Below, piece by piece: positions 1-10,573 of a stretch of 10,573 nucleotides of DNA. Location of the stretch: IMG/VR virus record IMGVR_UViG_2585427793_000003; one strand, given 5' to 3'. Made by a program: the position numbers and the translations under genes. Numbering within the stretch: position 1 is the stretch's first letter; every line of letters starts with the position of its first letter. The notes beneath the pieces are model-generated. The model had not been told where the DNA came from. It saw only the letters and a list, made by a program, of their open reading frames with translations, and made no database searches. The DNA is from a virus. Its lineage: Duplodnaviria > Heunggongvirae > Uroviricota > Caudoviricetes.

Positions 1-1
1 A

Positions 2-317
2 CTGCGGCAGGCCAGCGAGACAGATCTCCAGCCAGGGACTATTGAGTACGAACGCCATCGACTTACGCGTGCGCAGGCCGACGCACAGGAACTGAAGAAT
101 GCCAGAGACTCCGCTGAAGTGGTGGAAACCGCATTCTGTACTTTCGTGCTGTCGCGGATCGCAGGTGAAATTGCCAGTATTCTCGACGGGATCCCCCTGT
201 CGGTGCAGCGGCGTTTTCCGGAACTGGAAAACCGACATGTTGATTTCCTGAAACGGGATATCATCAAAGCCATGAACAAAGCAGCCGCGCTGGATGAACT
301 GATACCGGGGTTGCTGA

Positions 318-343
<26 letters not shown>
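2..343 (+). CDS. nu1: Terminase small subunit Nu1, C-terminal part (5' end lies upstream of the window)
   Basis: Frame is open from position 2 to the TAA at 341-343. The ORF track gives only the ATG-initiated part (119..343). C-terminal sequence ...LSEYIEQSG matches lambda Nu1 as I recall it. It sits immediately upstream of and overlapping the large terminase gene. Confidence 0.85.
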
Positions 344-4024
<3,681 letters not shown>

Positions 4025-4044
<20 letters not shown>

Positions 4045-5344
4045 TCTCCCGCATATTGCCAGCATGGCTTTTAATGAGCCGCTGATGCTTGAACCCGCCT
4101 ATGCGCGGGTTTTCTTTTGTGCGCTTGCAGGCCAGCTTGGGATCAGCCGCCTGACGGATGCGGTGTCCGGTGACAGCCTGACTGCCGGAGAGGCACCCGC
4201 GACGCTGGCGTTATCCGTTAATGATGACGGACCACGACAGGCCCGCAGTTATCAGGTCATGAACGGCATCGCCGTGCTGCCGGTTTCCGGCACGCTGGTC
4301 AGCCGGACGCGGGCGCTGCAGCCGTACTCGGGGATGACCGGTTACAACGGCATTATCGCCCGTCTGCAACAGGCTGCCAGCGACCCGATGGTGGACGGCA
4401 TTCTGCTCGATATGGACACGCCAGGCGGAATGGTGGCGGGGGCATTTGACTGCGCTGACATCATCGCCCGTGTGCGTGACATAAAACCGGTATGGGCGCT
4501 GGCCAACGACATGAACTGCAGTGCAGGTCAGCTGCTTGCCAGTGCCGCCTCCCGGCGTCTGGTCACGCAGACCGCCCGGACAGGCTCCATCGGCGTCATG
4601 ATGGCTCACAGTAATTACGGTGCTGCCCTGGAGAAACAGGGTGTGGAAATCACGCTGATTTACAGCGGCAGCCATAAGGTGGATGGCAATCCCTACAGCC
4701 ATCTTCCGGATGACGTCCGGGAGACACTGCAGTCCCGGATGGACGCAACCCGCCAGATGTTTGCGCAGAAGGTGTCGGCATATACCGGCCTGTCTGTGCA
4801 GGCTGTGCTGGATACCGAGGCTGCAGTGTACAGCGGTCAGGAGGCCATTGATGCCGGACTGGCTGATGAACTTGTTAACAGCACCGATGCGATCACCGTC
4901 ATGCGTGATGCACTGGATGCGCGTAAATCCCGTCTCTCAGGAGGGCGAATGACCAAAGAGACTCAATCAACAACTGTTTCAGCCACTGCTTCGCAGGCTG
5001 ACGTTACTGACGTGGTGCCAGCGACGGAGGGCGAAAACGCCAGCGCGGCGCAGCCGGACGTGAACGCGCAGATCACCGCAGCGGTTGCGGCAGAAAACAG
5101 CCGCATTATGGGGATCCTCAACTGTGAGGAGGCTCACGGACGCGAAGAACAGGCGCGTGTTCTGGCAGAAACCCCCGGTATGACCGTGGAAACGGCCCGC
5201 CGCATTCTGGCTGCAGCACCACAGAGTGCACAGGCGCGCAGTGACACTGCGCTGGATCGTCTGATGCAGGGGGCACCGGCACCGCTGGCTGCAGGTAACC
5301 TGGCATCTGATGCCGATAAAGAATTACTGAACACACCAGTGTAA
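4025..5344 (+). CDS. C: Head maturation protease gpC (S49/ClpP-like serine peptidase family)
   Basis: GTG start at 4025 preceded by a GGAGG-type Shine-Dalgarno at about 4011-4015, giving 439 aa as in lambda gpC (N-terminus MTAELRNLPHIASMAFNEPLMLEPAYARVFF). The track's ATG at 3890 is an upstream extension into B in another frame. Overlaps B by 20 nt. Confidence 0.85.
4739..5344 (+). CDS. nu3: Scaffolding protein Nu3, translated from an in-frame internal start within C
   Basis: In-frame ATG at 4739 corresponds to the lambda nu3 start (lambda 5132 minus the 393 offset). The Ala/Gln-rich C-terminal region suits a scaffold. The nested-gene call rests on lambda knowledge; no strong SD is visible. 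Confidence 0.6.
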   Translation: MDATRQMFAQKVSAYTGLSVQAVLDTEAAVYSGQEAIDAGLADELVNSTDAITVMRDALDARKSRLSGGRMTKETQSTTVSATASQADVTDVVPATEGENASAAQPDVNAQITAAVAAENSRIMGILNCEEAHGREEQARVLAETPGMTVETARRILAAAPQSAQARSDTALDRLMQGAPAPLAAGNLASDADKELLNTPV

Positions 5345-5353
5345 GAGGCAGTT

Positions 5354-5686
5354 ATGGCGACAAAAGAAGAGTTTAACCATTACCAGCCGCTGGGTAACAG
5401 TGATCCGGCTCATACCGCAACCGCGCCCGGCGGGTTGAGTGCGAAAGCGCCTGCAATGACCCCGCTGATGCTGGACACCTCCACCCGTAAGCTGGTTGCG
5501 TGGGATGGCACCACCGACGGTGCAGCCGTTGGCATTCTGGCAGTTGCTGCTGACCAGACCAGCACCACACTGACGTTCTACAAGTCCGGCTCGTTCCGTT
5601 ATGAGGATGTGCTCTGGCCGGAGGCTGCCAGCGACGAGACTAAAAAACGGACCGCGTTTGCCGGAACGGCAATCAGCATCGTTTAA
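5354..5686 (+). CDS. D: Head decoration protein gpD
   Basis: 110-aa ORF, same length and largely identical to lambda gpD (...[33 protein letters not shown]...). AAGAGG SD at about 5344-5349. N-terminal residues differ from lambda. Confidence 0.93.
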   Translation: MATKEEFNHYQPLGNSDPAHTATAPGGLSAKAPAMTPLMLDTSTRKLVAWDGTTDGAAVGILAVAADQTSTTLTFYKSGSFRYEDVLWPEAASDETKKRTAFAGTAISIV

Positions 5687-5703
5687 TCTTCCCCTTCATC
5701 AAC

Positions 5704-5728
5704 AAAGGCCGCCTGTGCGGCTTTTTTT
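5704..5728 (+). terminator. Intrinsic-terminator-like hairpin in the D-E intergenic region
   Basis: AAAGGCCGC (5704-5712), loop CTGT, GCGGC (5717-5721), then a run of 7 T (5722-5728). GC-rich stem plus U-tract, 14 nt upstream of the E start codon. Confidence 0.5.
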
Positions 5729-5741
5729 ATGGAAATAATTT

Positions 5742-6767
5742 ATGTCTGTATATACAACTGCAGAATTACTGGCATCGACCCAGCATCACTTTAAGTTCGA
5801 TCCGCTGTTTCTGCGCCTCTTTTTCCGTGAGAGCTATCCCTTCACCACGGAGAAAGTCTATCTCTCACAAATTCCTGGACTGGTAAACATGGCGCTGTAC
5901 GTTTCGCCAATTGTTTCCGGTGAGGTTATCCGTTCCCGTGGCGGCTCCACCTCTGAATTTACGCCGGGTTATGTCAAACCCAAGCATGAGGTGAATCCGC
6001 AGATGACCCTGCGTCGTCTGCCGGATGAAGATCCGCAGAATCTGGCGGACCCGGCTTACCGCCGCCGTCGCATCATCCTGCAGAACATGCGTGACGAAGA
6101 GCTGGCCATTGCTCAGGTCGAAGAGATGCAGGCAGTTTCTGCCGTGCTCAAGGGCAAATACACCATGACCGGTGAAGCCTTCGATCCGGTTGAGGTGGAT
6201 ATGGGCCGCAGTGCGGCGAACAACATCACGCAGTCCGGCGGCACGGAGTGGAGCAAGCGTGACAAGTCCACGTATGACCCGACCGACGATATCGAAGCCT
6301 ACGCGCTGAACGCCAGCGGTGTGGTGAATATCATCGTGTTTGATCCGAAAGGCTGGGCGCTGTTCCGTTCCTTCAAGGCCGTCAGGGAGAAGCTGGATAC
6401 CCGTCGCGGCTCTCATTCCGAGCTGGAGACAGCGGTAAAAGACCTGGGCAAAGCGGTGTCTTATAAGGGAATGTATGGCGATACGGCGATCGTCGTGTAT
6501 TCCGGACAGTACGTGGAAAACGACGTCAAAAAGAACTTCCTGCCGGACAACACGATGGTGCTGGGGAACACTCAGGCACGCGGTCTGCGCACCTATGGCT
6601 GCATTCAGGATGCGGACGCACAGCGCGAAGGCATTAACGCCTCTGCCCGTTACCCGAAAAACTGGGTGACCACCGGCGACCCGGCGCGTGAGTTCACCAT
6701 GATTCAGTCAGCACCGCTGATGCTGCTGGCTGACCCTGATGAGTTCGTGTCTGTACAACTGGCGTAA
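5742..6767 (+). CDS. E: Major capsid protein gpE (HK97-fold)
   Basis: 341-aa ORF, same length as lambda gpE with extensive identity (FKFDPLFLRLFFRESYPFTTEKVYLSQIPGLVNMALYVSPIVSGEVIRSRGG...). N-terminal residues differ from lambda. Confidence 0.95.
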   Translation: MSVYTTAELLASTQHHFKFDPLFLRLFFRESYPFTTEKVYLSQIPGLVNMALYVSPIVSGEVIRSRGGSTSEFTPGYVKPKHEVNPQMTLRRLPDEDPQNLADPAYRRRRIILQNMRDEELAIAQVEEMQAVSAVLKGKYTMTGEAFDPVEVDMGRSAANNITQSGGTEWSKRDKSTYDPTDDIEAYALNASGVVNIIVFDPKGWALFRSFKAVREKLDTRRGSHSELETAVKDLGKAVSYKGMYGDTAIVVYSGQYVENDVKKNFLPDNTMVLGNTQARGLRTYGCIQDADAQREGINASARYPKNWVTTGDPAREFTMIQSAPLMLLADPDEFVSVQLA

Positions 6768-6769
6768 TC

Positions 6770-6787
6770 ATGGCCCTTCGGGGCCAT
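6770..6787 (+). promoter_or_regulatory. Perfect 7-bp stem-loop with TTCG tetraloop in the E-FI intergenic region
   Basis: ATGGCCC (6770-6776), TTCG (6777-6780), GGGCCAT (6781-6787), exact inverted repeat. It lies between the E stop (6765-6767) and the FI SD GGAGGAG (6799-6805). Confidence 0.45.
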
Positions 6788-6808
6788 TGTTTCTCTGTGG
6801 AGGAGTCC

Positions 6809-7207
6809 ATGACGAAAGATGAACTGATTGCCCGTCTCCGCTCGCTGGGTGAACAACTGAACCGTGATATCAGCCTGACGGGGACGAAAGAAGAACTGGC
6901 GCTCCGTGTGGCAGAGCTGGAAGAGGAGCTTGATGACACGGATGACGCAGCCGGTCAGGACTCCCCTCTCAGCCGGGAAAATGTGCTGACCGGGCATGAA
7001 AATGAGGCTGTATCAGCGCAGCCGGATACCGTGATTCAGGATACGGCTGAACTGGTCACGGTCGTGGCACTGGTGACGCTGCATACTGATGCACTTCACG
7101 CCACGCGGGATAAACCTGTGGCATTTGTGCTGCCGGGAACGGCGTTTCGTGTCTCTGCCGGTGTGGCAGCCGAAATGACAGAACGTGGCCTGGCCAGAAT
7201 GCAATAA
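6809..7207 (+). CDS. FI: DNA packaging protein gpFI
   Basis: ATG at 6809 preceded by GGAGGAG gives 132 aa as in lambda FI (MTKDELIARLRSLGEQLNRD...). The track's start at 6770 lies inside the upstream hairpin and has no SD. Confidence 0.85.
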   Translation: MTKDELIARLRSLGEQLNRDISLTGTKEELALRVAELEEELDDTDDAAGQDSPLSRENVLTGHENEAVSAQPDTVIQDTAELVTVVALVTLHTDALHATRDKPVAFVLPGTAFRVSAGVAAEMTERGLARMQ

Positions 7208-7218
7208 CGGGAGGCGCT

Positions 7219-7572
7219 GTGGCTGATTTCGATAACCTGTTCGATGCTGCCATTGCCCGCGCTGATGAAACGATACGCGGGTACATGGGAACGTCAGCCA
7301 CCATGACATCCGGTGAGCAGTCCGGTGCTGTGATACGTGGTGTTTTTGATGACCCTGAAAATATCAGCTATGCCGGACAGGGCGTGCGCGTTGAAGGCTC
7401 CAGCCCGTCCCTGTTTGTCCGGACTGATGATGTGCGGCAGCTGCGGCGCGGCGACACGCTGACCATCGGTGAGGAAAACTTCTGGATAGATCGTGTTTCG
7501 CCGGATGATGGCGGAAGCTGTCATCTCTGGCTTGGGCGGGGCGTGCCGCCTGCCGTTAACCGTCGCCGCTGA
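7219..7572 (+). CDS. FII: Head-tail connector protein gpFII
   Basis: 117-aa ORF with GTG start and GGGAGG SD at 7209-7214. Matches lambda FII (MADFDNLFDAAIARADETIRGYMGTSAT...). Confidence 0.9.
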   Translation: MADFDNLFDAAIARADETIRGYMGTSATMTSGEQSGAVIRGVFDDPENISYAGQGVRVEGSSPSLFVRTDDVRQLRRGDTLTIGEENFWIDRVSPDDGGSCHLWLGRGVPPAVNRRR

Positions 7573-7583
7573 AAGGGGGATGT

Positions 7584-8162
7584 ATGGCCATAAAAGGTCT
7601 TGAGCAGGCCGTTGAAAACCTAAGCCGTATCAGCAAAACGGCGGTGCCTGGTGCCGCCGCAATGGCCATTAACCGCGTTGCGTCATCCGCGATATCGCAG
7701 TCTGCGTCACAGGTTGCCCGTGAGACAAAGGTACGCCGGAAACTGGTAAAGGAAAGGGCCAGGCTGAAAAGGGCCACGGTCAAAAATCCGCAGGCCAGAA
7801 TCAGGGTTAACCGGGGGGATTTGCCCGTAATAAAGCTGGGTAACGCGCGGATTGTCCTGTCCCGACGCAGGCGTCGTAAAAAGGGGCAGCGTTCAGCCCT
7901 GAAAGGTGGCGGCAGCGTGCTTGTGGTGGGAAACCGTCGTATTCCCGGCGCGTTTATTCAGCAACTGAAAAATGGCCGCTGGCATGTCATGCAGCGTGTG
8001 GCCGGGAAAAACCGTTACCCCATTGATGTGGTGAAAATCCCGATGGCGGTGCCGCTGACCACGGCGTTTAAACAGAATATTGAACGGATACGGCGTGAAC
8101 GTCTTCCGAAAGAGCTGGGCTATGCGCTGCAGCATCAACTGAGAATGGTAATAAAGCGATGA
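7584..8162 (+). CDS. Z: Tail completion protein gpZ
   Basis: 192-aa ORF, the same length as lambda gpZ at the syntenic position. GGGGGA SD-like purine run at 7575-7580. Confidence 0.9.
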   Translation: MAIKGLEQAVENLSRISKTAVPGAAAMAINRVASSAISQSASQVARETKVRRKLVKERARLKRATVKNPQARIRVNRGDLPVIKLGNARIVLSRRRRRKKGQRSALKGGGSVLVVGNRRIPGAFIQQLKNGRWHVMQRVAGKNRYPIDVVKIPMAVPLTTAFKQNIERIRRERLPKELGYALQHQLRMVIKR

Positions 8163-8554
8163 AACATACTGAACTCCGTGCAGCCGTACTGGATGCACTG
8201 GAGAAGCATGACACCGGGGCGACGCTTTTTGATGGTCGCCCCGCTGTTTTTGATGAGGCGGATTTTCCGGCAATTGCCGTTTATCTCACCGGCGCTGAAT
8301 ACACGGGCGAAGAGCTGGACAGCGATACCTGGCAGGCGGAGCTGCATATTGAAGTTTTCCTGCCTGCTCAGGTGCCGGATTCAGAGCTGGATTCGTGGAT
8401 GGAGTCCCGGATTTATCCGGTGATGAGCGATATCCCGGCACTGTCAGATTTGATCACCAGTATGGTGGCCAGTGGCTATGACTACCGGCGCGACGATGAT
8501 GCGGGCCTGTGGAGTTCAGCCGATCTGACTTATGTCATTACCTATGAAATGTGA
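8159..8554 (+). CDS. U: Tail terminator protein gpU
   Basis: 131-aa ORF, same length as lambda gpU. ATGA overlap with the Z stop at 8159-8162. Confidence 0.92.
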   Translation: MKHTELRAAVLDALEKHDTGATLFDGRPAVFDEADFPAIAVYLTGAEYTGEELDSDTWQAELHIEVFLPAQVPDSELDSWMESRIYPVMSDIPALSDLITSMVASGYDYRRDDDAGLWSSADLTYVITYEM

Positions 8555-8561
8555 GGACGCT

Positions 8562-9302
8562 ATGCCTGTACCAAATCCTGTAATGCCGGTGAAAGGGGCC
8601 GGGACCACCCTGTGGGTTTATAAGGGGAGCGGTGACCCTTATGCGAACCCGCTTTCAGACGTTGACTGGTCGCGTCTGGCTAAAGTTAAAGACCTGACGC
8701 CCGGCGAACTGACCGCTGAGTCCTATGACGACAGCTATCTCGATGATGAGGATGCGGACTGGACTGCGACCGGGCAGGGGCAGAAATCTGCCGGAGATAC
8801 CAGCTTCACGCTGGCGTGGATGCCCGGAGAGCAGGGGCAGCAGGCGCTGCTGGCGTGGTTTAATGAAGGTGATACCCGTGCCTATAAAATCCGCTTCCCG
8901 AACGGCACGGTCGATGTGTTCCGTGGCTGGGTCAGCAGTATCGGTAAGGCGGTGACGGCGAAGGAAGTGATCACCCGCACGGTGAAAGTCACCAACGTGG
9001 GACGTCCGTCGATGGCAGAAGATCGCAGCACGGTAACAGCGGCAACCGGTATGACCGTGACGCCTGCCAGCACCTCGGTGGTGAAAGGGCAGAGCACCAC
9101 GCTGACCGTGGCCTTCCAGCCGGAGGGCGCAACCGACAAGAGCTTCCGTGCGGTGTCTGCGGATAAAACAAAAGCCACCGTGTCGGTCAGTGGTATGACC
9201 ATCACTGTGAAAGGCGTCGCTGCAGGCAAGGTCAACATTCCGGTTGTATCCGGTAATGGTGAACTTGCTGCGGTTGCAGAAATTACCGTCACCGCCAGTT
9301 AA
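8562..9302 (+). CDS. V: Major tail tube protein gpV with C-terminal Ig-like (Big_2-type) domain
   Basis: ATG at 8562 with GAGGA SD at 8553-8557 gives 246 aa as in lambda gpV ([35 protein letters not shown]...). The track's start at 8532 overlaps U and lacks an SD. The C-terminal ~85 aa are Thr/Val/Ser-rich beta-type sequence. Confidence 0.92.
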   Translation: MPVPNPVMPVKGAGTTLWVYKGSGDPYANPLSDVDWSRLAKVKDLTPGELTAESYDDSYLDDEDADWTATGQGQKSAGDTSFTLAWMPGEQGQQALLAWFNEGDTRAYKIRFPNGTVDVFRGWVSSIGKAVTAKEVITRTVKVTNVGRPSMAEDRSTVTAATGMTVTPASTSVVKGQSTTLTVAFQPEGATDKSFRAVSADKTKATVSVSGMTITVKGVAAGKVNIPVVSGNGELAAVAEITVTAS

Positions 9303-9317
9303 TCCGGAGAGTCAGCG

Positions 9318-9741
9318 ATGTTCCTGAAAACCGAATCATTTGAACATAACGGTGTGACCGTCACGCTTTCTGAACTGTCAGCCCTGCAGCGTATTGAGCA
9401 TCTTGCCTGGTTGAAAGAGCAGGAAAAAAAGGCTGAATCCAGACAGCAACCGGAAGTTTACTGTGGAGGATCTTATCAGAGGCGGGGCGTTTCTGGTGGC
9501 GATGTCCCTGTGGCATAACCATCCGCAGAAGACAAAGCTGCCGTCCATGAATGAAGCCATTACGCAGATTGAGCAGGAAGTGCTTACCACCTGGCCCACG
9601 GAGGCAATTGCTCAGGCTGAAAACGTGGTGTTACGTCTGTCCGGAATGTCTGAGTTTGTGGTGAATAATTCCCCTGAACAGGCAGAGGACGCCGGGCCTG
9701 CAGAGCCTGTTTCTGCGGGAAAGTGTTCGACGGTGAGCTGA
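9318..9741 (+). CDS. G: Tail assembly chaperone gpG, reading frame interrupted by an apparent 1-nt insertion near 9441 (possible pseudogene or sequence error)
   Basis: The span is 424 nt, not a multiple of 3. Frame 0 from ATG 9318 reads MFLKTESFEHNGVTVTLSELSALQRIEHLAWLKEQEKKAES, then runs into a stop at 9519-9521. Frame +1 resumes the gpG-like sequence from 9442 (DSNRKFTVEDLIRGGAFLVAMSLWHNHPQK...CSTVS) to the stop at 9739-9741. Frame +1 is closed upstream by TGA at 9412-9414. Confidence 0.7.
9717..9723 (+). other. Programmed -1 ribosomal frameshift slippery heptamer G GGA AAG (G to G-T fusion)
   Basis: GGGAAAG at 9717-9723, with GGA and AAG in the distal G frame 6 codons before the G stop. 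The -1 frame continues open from 9723 to 10157. This matches the known lambda G-T recoding site. Confidence 0.75.
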
Positions 9742-10157
9742 GTTTTGCCCTGAAACTGGCGCGCGAGATGGGGCGACCCGACTGGCGCGCCATGCTTGCC
9801 GGGATGTCATCCACGGAGTATGCCGACTGGCACCGCTTTTACAGTACCCATTATTTTCATGATGTTCTGCTGGATATGCACTTTTCCGGGCTGACGTACA
9901 CCGTGCTCAGCCTGTTTTTCAGCGATCCGGATATGCATCCGCTGGATTTCAGTCTGCTGAACCGGCGCGAGGCTGACGAAGAGCCTGAAGATGATGTGCT
10001 GATGCAGAAAGCGGCAGGGCTTGCCGGAGGCGTTCGTTTTGGCCCGGACGGGAATGAAGTTATCCCCGTTTCCCCGGATGTGGCGGACATGACGGAGGAT
10101 GACGTAATGCTGATGACAGTATCAGAAGGGATCGCAGGAGGAGTCCGGTATGGCTGA
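9723..10157 (+). CDS. T: T segment of the G-T tail assembly chaperone fusion (made by -1 frameshift from G, not independently initiated)
   Basis: Open frame 9723..10157 encoding FDGELSFALKLAREMGRPDWRAMLAGMSSTEYADWHRFYSTHYF..., as lambda gpT. It begins at the slippery site and has no SD of its own. Ends 8 nt into H. Confidence 0.8.
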   Translation: MFDGELSFALKLAREMGRPDWRAMLAGMSSTEYADWHRFYSTHYFHDVLLDMHFSGLTYTVLSLFFSDPDMHPLDFSLLNRREADEEPEDDVLMQKAAGLAGGVRFGPDGNEVIPVSPDVADMTEDDVMLMTVSEGIAGGVRYG

Positions 10158-10573
10158 ACCGGTAGGCGATCTGGTCGTTGATTTAAGTCTGGATGCGGCC
10201 AGATTTGACGAGCAGATGGCCAGAGTCAGGCGTCATTTTTCCGGTACGGAAAGTGATGCGAAAAAAACAGCGGCAGTCGTTGAACAGTCGCTGAGCCGAC
10301 AGGCGCTGGCTGCACAGAAAGCGGGGATTTCCGTCGGGCAGTACAAAGCCGCCATGCGTATGCTGCCTGCGCAGTTCACCGACGTGGCTACGCAGCTTGC
10401 AGGCGGGCAAAGTCCGTGGCTGATCCTGCTGCAACAGGGGGGGCAGGTGAAGGACTCCTTCGGCGGGATGATCCCCATGTTCAGGGGGCTTGCCGGTGCG
10501 ATCACCCTGCCGATGGTGGGGGCCACCTCGCTGGCGGTGGCGACCGGTGCGCTGGCGTATGCCTGGTATCAGG
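10150..10573 (+). CDS. H: Tail tape measure protein gpH, N-terminal part (3' end lies beyond the window)
   Basis: ATG at 10150 with AGGAGGA SD at 10133-10139. Frame is open to the window end and encodes MAEPVGDLVVDLSLDAARFDEQMARVRRHFSGTESDAKK..., matching the lambda gpH N-terminus. Absent from the ORF track because there is no stop within the window. Confidence 0.9.
   Translation, partial: MAEPVGDLVVDLSLDAARFDEQMARVRRHFSGTESDAKKTAAVVEQSLSRQALAAQKAGISVGQYKAAMRMLPAQFTDVATQLAGGQSPWLILLQQGGQVKDSFGGMIPMFRGLAGAITLPMVGATSLAVATGALAYAWYQ

Noticed and set aside
1-317. cos site (cosN/cosB) at the start of the window
   Set aside because: By the lambda offset the window begins about 390 nt downstream of cosN, inside nu1. 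No cos-like element is expected and none was recognised.
6770-6808. Upstream extension of FI to the ATG at 6770
   Set aside because: The ATG at 6770 is part of the intergenic hairpin stem. The conserved FI N-terminus MTKDELIARL begins at ATG 6809, which has a strong GGAGGAG SD.
8532-8561. Upstream extension of V to the ATG at 8532
   Set aside because: It overlaps the end of U in another frame with no SD. The ATG at 8562 has a GAGGA SD and yields the lambda gpV N-terminus MPVPNP.
9424-9430. A7 homopolymer as a second programmed frameshift site
   Set aside because: The conserved protein sequence on each side is best explained by a simple 1-nt insertion about 10 nt downstream. No +1 recoding event is known in G and the context is not a recognised +1 slippery motif. 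It is kept only as a possible mutational or sequencing hotspot.
9318-9741. Treating 9318..9518 and 9463..9741 as two independent small genes
   Set aside because: Together they reconstitute one gpG-like protein across a 1-nt frame change. The 3' tail of the first ORF (RQQPEVYCGGSYQRRGVSGGDVPVA) is out-of-frame read-through, and the second has no SD.

Overview
This window is a co-linear copy of the phage lambda late morphogenetic operon, not a novel system. All genes are on the + strand in the canonical lambdoid order: 3' end of nu1, A, W, B, C with nested nu3, D, E, FI, FII, Z, U, V, G, T (via -1 frameshift) and the 5' end of H. Gene boundaries match lambda coordinates (recalled from memory) at a constant offset of 393 nt up to gene G, then 394 nt. 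That one extra base sits inside G near position 9441 and breaks its reading frame; this is the main anomaly. The proteins are close to lambda but not identical (D, E and G differ visibly), so this is probably a lambdoid prophage or relative rather than lambda itself. I see no inserted cargo genes, RNA genes, CRISPR arrays, IS elements or defence-like loci. Minus-strand ORFs in the track are antisense shadows of the GC-rich coding sequence. Lambda comparisons are from memory, not from a database search.
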